From: Phycisphaeraceae bacterium | GTDB lineage: Bacteria; Planctomycetota; Phycisphaerae; Phycisphaerales; Phycisphaeraceae | Reading direction: 5' to 3' | DNA length: 64,000 nucleotides | Assembly: GCA_963674705.1 (NCBI GenBank) | Contig: OY771506.1 | Span: 1,696,001 to 1,760,000, forward strand | In this document: positions 56,132 to 64,000 of the stretch, piece by piece | Position numbering within the stretch: the stretch's first letter is position 1 | How the letters are laid out: the number at the start of each line of letters is the position of its first letter | Notes under the pieces: generated by a model | Seen by the model: only the letters and a program-made list of their open reading frames with translations | What the model was told of the DNA's origin: nothing | The model's database searches: none | Translations under genes and position numbers: made by a program

Positions 56132-56779
56132 CTAGGCCGCCCGGCGTCGGCGTGATCGGCTGGATCGTCGATGATCCTGACTCACCGGCTGGAAGCGCAG
56201 CTGGCCGTTTCTTTTACTGACCACGGAGTGGCCGCGCCGGTCGTGACGCGACTTACGCCGCCTGATCCGTTGATATTGTGTCGTAATCGACTTGGTCGGG
56301 AAGTAACCGAGGAAACTCGCCACCAGACCCATGGCTATCCCGCCGATCAGCATCGGCACGTACAGACCCGAGCCCATGCTGTACATGTTGTGAAACGCAC
56401 TGAATACCGAGGACACCGTGAAGAATGAATTCTCACTCCCATGGATCGTCGTACTCAATTCTGTGAAGCTGATTTCCGGATGAGCGTACCAGAACGGCCG
56501 ACCGATGAAGTACGCCATCGCATACAACGGCCCCATCGTGATCGGATTGGTTACCCACACGCTCGCGATCGCTGCCGGCCGGGATGCGTTGAACATCCAT
56601 GCGATCACCAGCGCCAGACCCATCTGGAATCCGATCGTCGGCAGGAATGCGACAAACAATCCGATGGATACGCCCAATGCGATCCGTCTCGGGCTTGTGT
56701 GCAATGGAAACGCCAGTCGTAGCCGCCTCTGGTATTCCCATAGATAACCACCACCGGACCGGCCTGGTGCCTGCGCCAT
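56132..56779 (-). CDS. DUF2062 family membrane protein
   Basis: SPRRIALGVSIGLFVAFLP..G.Q, WVTNPIT. Confidence 0.88.
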   Translation of the reverse strand: MAQAPGRSGGGYLWEYQRRLRLAFPLHTSPRRIALGVSIGLFVAFLPTIGFQMGLALVIAWMFNASRPAAIASVWVTNPITMGPLYAMAYFIGRPFWYAHPEISFTELSTTIHGSENSFFTVSSVFSAFHNMYSMGSGLYVPMLIGGIAMGLVASFLGYFPTKSITTQYQRIRRRKSRHDRRGHSVVSKRNGQLRFQPVSQDHRRSSRSRRRRAA

Positions 56780-56954
56780 ATTCTGGGGGTGATTCCCTGG
56801 CATATATCACGCTATCGGCAGGCTGATGCCGGTACTTATGAACTCGCCAGTCGAGAAAATGCGGTCTATCAACATACTCTCAACTAATACCGTTATCCGG
56901 ACACGCTCTAACCGGATCATGACATCCTCACTTTCAACTGTTTATCATGATCAC

Positions 56955-57428
56955 ATGTCTCACCTTTCACGTCAGAACGAGGCCCGGCGTCTTATCGAGA
57001 TCTATGGTCGGGATGATCAACGCCCCATCATGGACGTGATCGAACGCCAGTTCATGGTTCTGCACCACCGCTCGCAGGTTTTGCTGGGTTTGACCGGCAT
57101 CGTCATCACCACCACCGGCTTCTCCGGCAGGCTGATTGCGGGGACCAACGACCTCGCTAAGTGGTTGATTATCTCAGGTGTTATCCTCGTTATGGTCGCC
57201 GCCACTACCGTCTGTTTCGGCGTCCTGCACCTGCGCTGGTTGACCCAGCAGCCCGGTGATGAGCTTGATCACTGGCTGGATCGAGCCCTTGAATATCGCG
57301 ATCGAAAAACCCGTTTCTATCGGGCTGGGATTGTCATCACCATGATCGGCCTGACGCTCTACGTCGGCTCGATCTTCATCATGCTGCTCTTTCCCCATGA
57401 CTTTCCCGGGATTACCTCTGTCCGCTAG
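56955..57428 (+). CDS. Hypothetical membrane protein
   Basis: Three TM segments; GIVITTTGFSGRLIA. Confidence 0.75.
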   Translation: MSHLSRQNEARRLIEIYGRDDQRPIMDVIERQFMVLHHRSQVLLGLTGIVITTTGFSGRLIAGTNDLAKWLIISGVILVMVAATTVCFGVLHLRWLTQQPGDELDHWLDRALEYRDRKTRFYRAGIVITMIGLTLYVGSIFIMLLFPHDFPGITSVR

Positions 57429-57504
57429 CCGCGAACCGCGTTCAGCGTCCGATACAATATCTTGTCCTAACAGGATTTGTCGGTATCAGCCCCCCTTATA
57501 AGGT

Positions 57505-57533
57505 TTGACACCGCCCGGGGGCCCTGTTAGCTT
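57505..57533 (+). promoter_or_regulatory. Sigma70-type promoter
   Basis: TTGACA-17 nt-TAGCTT with extended -10 TG, about 70 nt before ATG 57605. Confidence 0.65.
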
Positions 57534-57604
57534 TACCTATCAGTACGGGTGCTCCCTCCGCACCCGCTCGATCCCTACGATACACGCCGCCTGAGAGGAC
57601 CCTG

Positions 57605-58657
57605 ATGCGAATCCGACGATGCCCCTTTTGGCTCCTGACGGTGCTTTGGGTAGTCATTTGTGGAATTGGTGGGCAGACGCTGTTCGCTCAGGAGTCGATC
57701 CCCCAAGACATCATGGGCGCTCAGACACTGTCTGACTCAAACAAGGATACCATCAACCGTTTTCTTGATTACTGGGTCATGCGCCTGCAAAGTGATGAAG
57801 CGTCGGAAGTCGCAGAAGCCCGCGCCGCTTTGATCGCTCCGATGTCCTTTGGCTCGCAAGCTTTTCTGGATTACTACCGACCGAATCTTGCCAAGCGTGT
57901 CATCCCGTTGATCGGCCCGGACAACCAGTTGATGACACGGCTCAATGTCGCCATTATCAGCGCCAAACTAACGGGCAACGAGCTGGTCGCCCTGCTTCAG
58001 GCCAGCGCCAATGACGAAAGCCCCGCGGTCCGCTACTGGATCGCCAAGTCCGTCGGTGAAGCCGCTAAGGCCAAAGCGTTCGATCAGACGCAACAGCAAG
58101 CCGTACTCACAGTCCTCGCCGATCGCCTTAAGGCCGAAGATTCCTCGTTAGTGCTGGAACAGATCCTGGTCGCACTGGCTGAGATTCAACTGCCCCAGGC
58201 AATCACGACCATCCTCGAAGGTCTGGACGCCCGCGTTGCTTTCCATCAGGCCAACCCGGACGCCCGCTACAAGCCCGTGCAGAACGGCATGCAGCAGCTT
58301 TGGAGCAAGCTCATCGCGCTCCGCACCAATGGGCAGAACGTCACCAAGGACCTGCACGAACTCGGCCGAATCGCTTACCGCTACTACTCACTGATTGCGG
58401 ATCAGATGCCGGATTATGAAAACCCCCAGGAAGGCGACACCGCTGCTGAGCTGATGAAAGACGACAAGGCCCAGATGGCGCGACGCTGCTTCCAAGTCAT
58501 GGAATACGTCGTCACCGATGTCGCTAATGGTGTCGCACCCCAATTGATCAATACCAATGTCGCCGCCGAACTGACCGTTTCCCGCGACCGTTGGCGCGAT
58601 ATCTTCATGGCCTCGCCGTTCAACTTCAACGAGAAGCAGCTATCGGTAACCGAGTAA
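57605..58657 (+). CDS. Exported HEAT-repeat-like protein
   Basis: Signal peptide (LFA-QE), D.SPAVRYWIAKS helical repeats. Confidence 0.75.
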   Translation: MRIRRCPFWLLTVLWVVICGIGGQTLFAQESIPQDIMGAQTLSDSNKDTINRFLDYWVMRLQSDEASEVAEARAALIAPMSFGSQAFLDYYRPNLAKRVIPLIGPDNQLMTRLNVAIISAKLTGNELVALLQASANDESPAVRYWIAKSVGEAAKAKAFDQTQQQAVLTVLADRLKAEDSSLVLEQILVALAEIQLPQAITTILEGLDARVAFHQANPDARYKPVQNGMQQLWSKLIALRTNGQNVTKDLHELGRIAYRYYSLIADQMPDYENPQEGDTAAELMKDDKAQMARRCFQVMEYVVTDVANGVAPQLINTNVAAELTVSRDRWRDIFMASPFNFNEKQLSVTE

Positions 58658-58704
58658 CATCTGCCGGAACAATTGCTTAGATTTAATGTTGGATACTTCG
58701 GGAC

Positions 58705-59109
58705 TTACAGCCCCATCCCCGGCCCGGCTGCGCCGCCCTGTTGCCCTTGGCTGGTCACGCCCACTGCTTCCGCTGCCGTGCTCTGGCCGTACATCGCATC
58801 ATCCAGCTCGCGGACCAGGTCCACGTAATCCATCTGAGCCAATTGGAACTCCCGAAGCACCAGGTTGTGCACCACCGCGTTCTGTAGCTCCTGCATCTTA
58901 TGCTTATCAGAGACCTCGATCGGCTGACCCATCATCTCCTTCTCCGCGATCGCATGCAGGTGGCGGTTCAGGTCGTTCAGGGCCCGCTGAGCCTCGGTAT
59001 CTTCACGGAGCTTCTTCACCGCCGATTCGAGCCGGCTGACCTTGGGATGGTCGTTCAGCATCTTGCCCAACTCTTTCGCGGCCTTGATTACTTGCTCGTC
59101 GTTTGCCAT
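58705..59109 (-). CDS. YlbF/YmcA family regulator
   Basis: AKELGKML..HP, D.EAQ, EFQLAQ.DY..L helical pattern. Confidence 0.7.
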   Translation of the reverse strand: MANDEQVIKAAKELGKMLNDHPKVSRLESAVKKLREDTEAQRALNDLNRHLHAIAEKEMMGQPIEVSDKHKMQELQNAVVHNLVLREFQLAQMDYVDLVRELDDAMYGQSTAAEAVGVTSQGQQGGAAGPGMGL

Positions 59110-59240
59110 CGGTTCCTCACTTATCGTTTCTATCATCAAAAGTTGATCTACGTTAGCATAGCTTGCCCGGGCCTATGATGCTCGGAGAAAGAAAAACAAC
59201 CACGGCAAGACATCGAATCCTGCCGATACCTGAAATAACC

Positions 59241-61598
59241 ATGTCCGACCGATATACCAGTACGATCCTTCGGCACATCGCCGATTCCCGCTACGAACCA
59301 CGCACCCTCCGCCAGCTCGCAAAAGACCTCGGCGTCGAGGATTCGGAGTTCGAGCAGTTCAAAGCCGCCGCCGAAGCCCTGCTCGAGGACGGCGGCGTTA
59401 TCCTCGGCTCGGCCGACACCATCGCCCTGCCACCGCCCGGCAAGGAAATGGTCGGCGTGTTCCGCGCCCATGAAAAAGGCTTCGGCTTCCTGCAGCCCGA
59501 CCAACTCACGCAGCACGGCGACCTGTTCATCCCCCCAGGCGCGACGCGCGATGCTATGAACGGCGACCGCGTCCGCGCCAAGGTCATCCACGAGAAACGC
59601 CGCGCCGGCACGGGTAAGTCACCCTTCGTCGGCCGTATCATCGAAGTTCTGCAACGCTCCGATCAGCAATACGTCGGCACGTTGCTCAAACGCGGTAAGC
59701 TGCATGTCGTGCAGGTCGACGGCCGACTCATGAGCGAGCCCGTCATCATCCGCGACCCGACCGTCAAGAACGCACGCGTCGGCGATAAGGTCGTCATCGA
59801 AATCGTTGAGTATCCACGTGACCGTAACGACGTCGCTGAAGGCGTCATCACCGAAGTGCTCGGGCCCGGCGGTGAACCTGAAATCGAAACGCGCTCCGTC
59901 ATCCGTGCGTTTGGCCTCGCTGAAAAGTTCCCACCCGAAGTCCTCGCCGAAGCCCGCAGTGTCTCACAGGCATTCGATCCCGACATCATTCCCGACGATC
60001 GTGAAGATCTGACCGATGTCCTGACGATCACGATCGATCCGCCAACTGCCAAGGATTACGACGACGCGATCTCTATCCGTCCGTGTAAGCATGGCAAGGA
60101 AGACGCGATCGAACTCGGTGTCCACATCGCCGACGTCGCGTACTTCGTCAAGCCCGGTTCCGCGCTCGATAAAGAAGCGTATGACCGAGGCAACAGCACG
60201 TACTTGCCGCGCCTGGTCGTACCGATGCTTCCCGAAGTATTAAGCAACGGTGTCTGCTCGTTGCAGGAAGGCGTCAACCGTTACGCCAAGAGCTGCTTCA
60301 TCAAGTACGATCAGGATGGCAAAGTCCTCAGTGAACGTTTCGCACGTTCCGTCATCCAGTCCAACAAACGTCTGACCTATCTCGAAGCACAGGCTTTGAT
60401 CGATGGCAACCTGCGCGAAGCACGCAAACACGCCAAGACCGAGCCGAAGTATCCCAAGCCCGTTGTCGCGGCGCTATTACAGATGAACGACCTGGCCAAG
60501 CGCATCCGGGAGCGCCGGCTCGAACAAGGCATGATCGTGCTGGGCTTACCTGAAGTCGAACTGATCTTTGATGACTCGGGCCGTGTCGTAGACGCCGAAC
60601 CAGAAGATGAGGCGTTCACACACACGCTTATCGAGATGTTCATGGTCGAGGCTAACGAAGCTGCAGCACGTCTGTTTGATAGTGCGGATGTGCCCATGAT
60701 CCGTCGCATCCACCCGGACCCCGATGCGCACGGCATCGACGACTTGCGCATGTTCGCACGTGTCGCCGGCTACAACATCCCCGCACGACCAAGTCGCAAA
60801 CAATTACAGACGCTGCTGCAAGCCGTGCAAGGCAAAACCGCGCAACGCTCGGTGAATATGGCAGTACTGCGTACGCTCAGCAAGGCCGAGTATTCCCCGA
60901 TGCTCATCGGGCACTTCGCCCTGGCTAGCGAACACTACACGCACTTCACCAGCCCGATCCGCCGATACCCGGACCTCGTCGTGCACCGCGGTATTGACGC
61001 CTACCTGAGAACTGCTGCTTCTATTACCGGCAAACGCCCGACCAATCGTAAGATCGGCAATCGCCTGATGGATGATGCGCTGGTCCCCGACGAGATGGCG
61101 CTACGCGAACTTGGCCGACATTGCTCCGCCACCGAGCGTAACTCCGAAAGCGCTGAACGCGAACTGCGTAACTATCTCGTGCTCGAACTACTCGCTGACC
61201 ACATCGGTGAAGACTACGGCGGCACCGTGACAGGCGTCACGGGTAACGGCGTTTACATTCAGATCGATAAGTACCTCGTCGACGGCTTCGTCCGCAGCAA
61301 CGACCTGCCCGGCGGCGCTAACGACCGATGGCAACTCAACCCCAAGACCGGCGCGCTGGTCGCCCAACGCTCCGGCCACGCCGTCACCATCGGCAACACC
61401 TTCACCGTCCGTGTCGCCGCCGTCGACCTCGGCCGCCGCGTTATGGAACTCGTTGTCCTCGCCGACCATCCTGCTGGCAAAGTCAAACATCGGAAACTCT
61501 CCCAAGGCAAAGCCAAGGCCGCGACCCGTACGTCGAAGTTGAAAAACAAACGCAACCAGACCAAACGAGCCTCAGGTCGTAAAGGACGAAGAAGGTAA
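59241..61598 (+). CDS. rnr: Ribonuclease R
   Basis: KGFGF, TIDPPTAKDYDDA, VHIADV, HFTSPIRRYPDL, S1 domain, basic tail. Confidence 0.95.
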   Translation: MSDRYTSTILRHIADSRYEPRTLRQLAKDLGVEDSEFEQFKAAAEALLEDGGVILGSADTIALPPPGKEMVGVFRAHEKGFGFLQPDQLTQHGDLFIPPGATRDAMNGDRVRAKVIHEKRRAGTGKSPFVGRIIEVLQRSDQQYVGTLLKRGKLHVVQVDGRLMSEPVIIRDPTVKNARVGDKVVIEIVEYPRDRNDVAEGVITEVLGPGGEPEIETRSVIRAFGLAEKFPPEVLAEARSVSQAFDPDIIPDDREDLTDVLTITIDPPTAKDYDDAISIRPCKHGKEDAIELGVHIADVAYFVKPGSALDKEAYDRGNSTYLPRLVVPMLPEVLSNGVCSLQEGVNRYAKSCFIKYDQDGKVLSERFARSVIQSNKRLTYLEAQALIDGNLREARKHAKTEPKYPKPVVAALLQMNDLAKRIRERRLEQGMIVLGLPEVELIFDDSGRVVDAEPEDEAFTHTLIEMFMVEANEAAARLFDSADVPMIRRIHPDPDAHGIDDLRMFARVAGYNIPARPSRKQLQTLLQAVQGKTAQRSVNMAVLRTLSKAEYSPMLIGHFALASEHYTHFTSPIRRYPDLVVHRGIDAYLRTAASITGKRPTNRKIGNRLMDDALVPDEMALRELGRHCSATERNSESAERELRNYLVLELLADHIGEDYGGTVTGVTGNGVYIQIDKYLVDGFVRSNDLPGGANDRWQLNPKTGALVAQRSGHAVTIGNTFTVRVAAVDLGRRVMELVVLADHPAGKVKHRKLSQGKAKAATRTSKLKNKRNQTKRASGRKGRRR

Positions 61599-61600
61599 TG

Positions 61601-61738
61601 TGGGTCTGGGGTCTGGGGACTGGTCAGAACTAAAAGCATACGATTTATGCCATCAAAAGCGCTATCATTGGATTACTATTATGATTGACCGATCATTGAT
61701 CGGCTTTCCGACTATACCCTAAACCCTACACCCTCCCC
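61601..61738. repeat. Inverted heptamer arrays around an AT-rich spacer
   Basis: gggtctg-gggtctg-gggactg ... tataccc-taaaccc-tacaccc. Confidence 0.6.
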
Positions 61739-61739
61739 G

Positions 61740-62792
61740 ATGACTCTCGCCGCCTGGCTGCACAACCTGGACCCGATCCTGTTCCACGTAGGGCCGATCC
61801 CTATCCGTTGGTACGGCCTTGCCTACCTCGGCGGGTTCCTCGTTGCGTTTTTCCTCATCAAGCGCGTCTGCCGGGTTGGTGTCTCCAGCCTGAAACCGGA
61901 AAACGCGGCCGATCTCGTCGTGTCTGTGGCGATCGGTATCTTCGTTGGCGGTCGGCTCGGGTATGTCCTTTTCTATCAGCCAAGCTTGTTGTGGGAGTTC
62001 GAGTTCAGCAAGGATTTGCCTTTTTGGGGCGCCCCTTTTTGGGGTGCGCTAGCTGTCAACCACGGCGGCATGGCGAGCCACGGCGGGATGATCGGCGGCA
62101 TCATCGGCTGCCTCTACTATGCCCATCGATTCAAACACAGCAGCCTCTACCTTATCGACCTCTTCGCCTTCTCAGGGCCGATCGGCATCTTCTTCGGCCG
62201 ATGCGCCAACTTCATCAACGGCGAACTACTCGGCCGACCCTGCTCCCCCGACTTCCCGCTCGCAGTCAAGTTCCCGCAAGAAATGCTCGACGAGATGCCG
62301 ACCGAGCAGCTTTACCAGATTTACGACCAGTTACCCCCGCCCCAAACGATCGATACGCAACTGCAATACTGGGACCCGACAGCCATCATCGACCTGGTCC
62401 ATCGCGGCAACATGGTCGTCACCCACGCGATCGAACCGTTCCTGACCCCGCGCCACCCGTCGCAACTCTATGCCGCGGTGATGGAAGGCCTGATCGTGTT
62501 TGCGGTGCTCGGCATCCTATGGGCTAAACCCCGCAAGCCCGGGACGATTGCCGGCACCTTCGCGATGGTCTACGCCGTGATGCGCATCCTCGACGAGTTC
62601 TTCCGTATGCCCGATGCGCACATCATGGACCAGGAATTCGCCACCTATCACATCACCCGGGGCCAATGGCTAAGCGCCCTGCTCTTCATCGCCGGCCTCA
62701 TCATGTTCATCGCCGCTCAAAGATCGAAGAAAGAACCGATGGGGGGCTGGCGAACTGGGAAAAAAGATTTGGCCACCGATAAACACGGATGA
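61740..62792 (+). CDS. lgt: Prolipoprotein diacylglyceryl transferase
   Basis: IRWYGLAY, GGRLGYV, GGMASHGG, GRCANFINGEL, HPSQLY, EFFR.PD. Confidence 0.96.
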   Translation: MTLAAWLHNLDPILFHVGPIPIRWYGLAYLGGFLVAFFLIKRVCRVGVSSLKPENAADLVVSVAIGIFVGGRLGYVLFYQPSLLWEFEFSKDLPFWGAPFWGALAVNHGGMASHGGMIGGIIGCLYYAHRFKHSSLYLIDLFAFSGPIGIFFGRCANFINGELLGRPCSPDFPLAVKFPQEMLDEMPTEQLYQIYDQLPPPQTIDTQLQYWDPTAIIDLVHRGNMVVTHAIEPFLTPRHPSQLYAAVMEGLIVFAVLGILWAKPRKPGTIAGTFAMVYAVMRILDEFFRMPDAHIMDQEFATYHITRGQWLSALLFIAGLIMFIAAQRSKKEPMGGWRTGKKDLATDKHG

Positions 62793-62961
62793 ACACAGAT
62801 AAGGCTAAAGGCAAAAAAGAAAGAGTGATCCACAGATTGCGCAGATGACGCAGATTAAGAAGAATTTATTCTTATGAACACTCTCTTATCTGCGCAATCT
62901 GTGTAATCTGCGGATAAACCCTCTTCCTCTTATCCGTGTTTATCCGTGTTCATCCGTGGCT
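62772..62961. repeat. Nested 9-mer-based palindromic element
   Basis: Outer gccaccgataaacacggatgaacacagat / atccgtgtttatccgtgttcatccgtggc; inner atccacagattgcgcagatgacgcagat / atctgcgcaatctgtgtaatctgcggat. Confidence 0.8.
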
Positions 62962-62972
62962 AATTAAAAAAC

Positions 62973-63914
62973 TCACGCCAACTCGATCCGCGGATCGATC
63001 CACGCATAGGCCACGTCGACGATGAGGTTGAACGTGATGAGCATGGAGGAGTAGGTCAGCACGACGCCGAGGATCAGGAAGCGGTCGCCGTTGATGACGG
63101 AGTTGACGAAGTGTTCGCCCATACCGGGGATGCTGAAAAGTTTTTCGACGACGAACGAGCCGGTCATCACGCTCGCTGCGGCCGGGCCCATGAAGCTGAG
63201 CACTGGCAGGTACGCGACCTTCAGTGCGTGTTCGAACAGCGCCTTATGTCGTGATAAACCTTTCGCCCGCGCGGTGCGGATGTAGTCGCTGGACATGATG
63301 TCCGCCAGTCCGAGCCGCACCAGTCGCGCAATGTACGCTGCCGGCATGATACCCAGCGTGATCGCAGGCAAAATAAGATGACTCGGTGAACCCCACCCCC
63401 CGACGGGGAACCACTGCAACAATCCCGCGAACACCGCAAGCAACACAGATCCCGTGACGAAGTTCGGCAGGCTGATACCCACCAGTGCTACACCTAAACT
63501 TGATAAGTCCGTCAACCCCCCGGGCCGAAGCGCACCGATCACCCCGGACACCGTCCCGAGTAATAACGCCACTGCCAGCGCCGCCGACCCCAGCATTACA
63601 CTCACCGGCAGGCTGCCCCCGATGATGGTCGAAACGCGCTCGTCCTGATAGTGCATCGAGGGCCCGAAGTCAGGCCAGGCGTGCTCGCCGCCAAGGACGA
63701 TCCCTTTCAGATAACTCACACCAAAATAAAACGCTCCACGATCAAGGTTGTATTGCCGCATCATCGCGGCGCGGATCTCTGGCGCAAGCTCGCGGCCGTC
63801 CTCCCGGCTAAGCGGATCGCCCGGCGCTACCCAGACAAGCAACAGCGTCACCGTGAATATCGCCGCCAGGATCAGCGGGAACTGCACCAGACGCCAGAAG
63901 ATCAATCGAAACAT
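62973..63914 (-). CDS. Oligopeptide/dipeptide ABC transporter permease (OppB-like)
   Basis: PGDP, DFGPS, DYIRTARAKGLS, VVEKLFSIPGMG, DVAYAWIDPRI. Confidence 0.93.
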   Translation of the reverse strand: MFRLIFWRLVQFPLILAAIFTVTLLLVWVAPGDPLSREDGRELAPEIRAAMMRQYNLDRGAFYFGVSYLKGIVLGGEHAWPDFGPSMHYQDERVSTIIGGSLPVSVMLGSAALAVALLLGTVSGVIGALRPGGLTDLSSLGVALVGISLPNFVTGSVLLAVFAGLLQWFPVGGWGSPSHLILPAITLGIMPAAYIARLVRLGLADIMSSDYIRTARAKGLSRHKALFEHALKVAYLPVLSFMGPAAASVMTGSFVVEKLFSIPGMGEHFVNSVINGDRFLILGVVLTYSSMLITFNLIVDVAYAWIDPRIELA

Positions 63915-63957
63915 ATCACCTCGCCTGTCACCGGTCTTCGACTACACACAATTGTGA

Positions 63958-64000
63958 TTACTTCTTCTTGCCAGCGTTACGGTCGACCGAAATCAACTCA
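63958..64000 (-). CDS. C-terminal fragment of upstream gene (possibly the peptide-binding protein)
   Basis: ELISVDRNAGKKK* directly upstream of the permease. Confidence 0.4.
   Translation of the reverse strand, partial: ELISVDRNAGKKK

Overview
GC-rich bacterial chromosomal window. Gene content and repeat style suggest Planctomycetota, possibly Phycisphaerae (inference). Most of it is housekeeping and metabolic: argG, ferredoxin, dnaE, ribD, anmK-murQ, moaD-moeA, glmM, rnr, lgt and an oligopeptide permease. It also carries a PL6 lyase, a PEP-CTERM protein, an orphan DNA methyltransferase, a DUF4011/SF1 helicase-nuclease and a TetR-AhpD-thioredoxin redox locus. The stand-out feature is a ~13.3 kb co-directional minus-strand cluster (54264 to 40998) encoding SPP1-type portal, scaffold, DUF5309/SU10-type major capsid, adaptor-like and tail-tip-like proteins, a LamG protein, a TIGR03790-like protein and holin/lipoprotein-like genes. 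I recognise no terminase, integrase, repressor, replication gene, tape measure or endolysin in it. It is preceded by a near-consensus sigma54 -24/-12 promoter and sits head-to-head with a NifA-like GAF-AAA+-HTH activator. This fits a domesticated, host-regulated phage-derived particle (GTA-like or other capsid system) better than an ordinary prophage, but that is a hypothesis. An IS630 with TA duplication interrupts the LamG gene, and the frame is restored when the IS is removed. The window is rich in small palindromic and heptamer/nonamer repeat elements, several inserted in frame into genes including dnaE. All family assignments are from motif recognition, not database searches.
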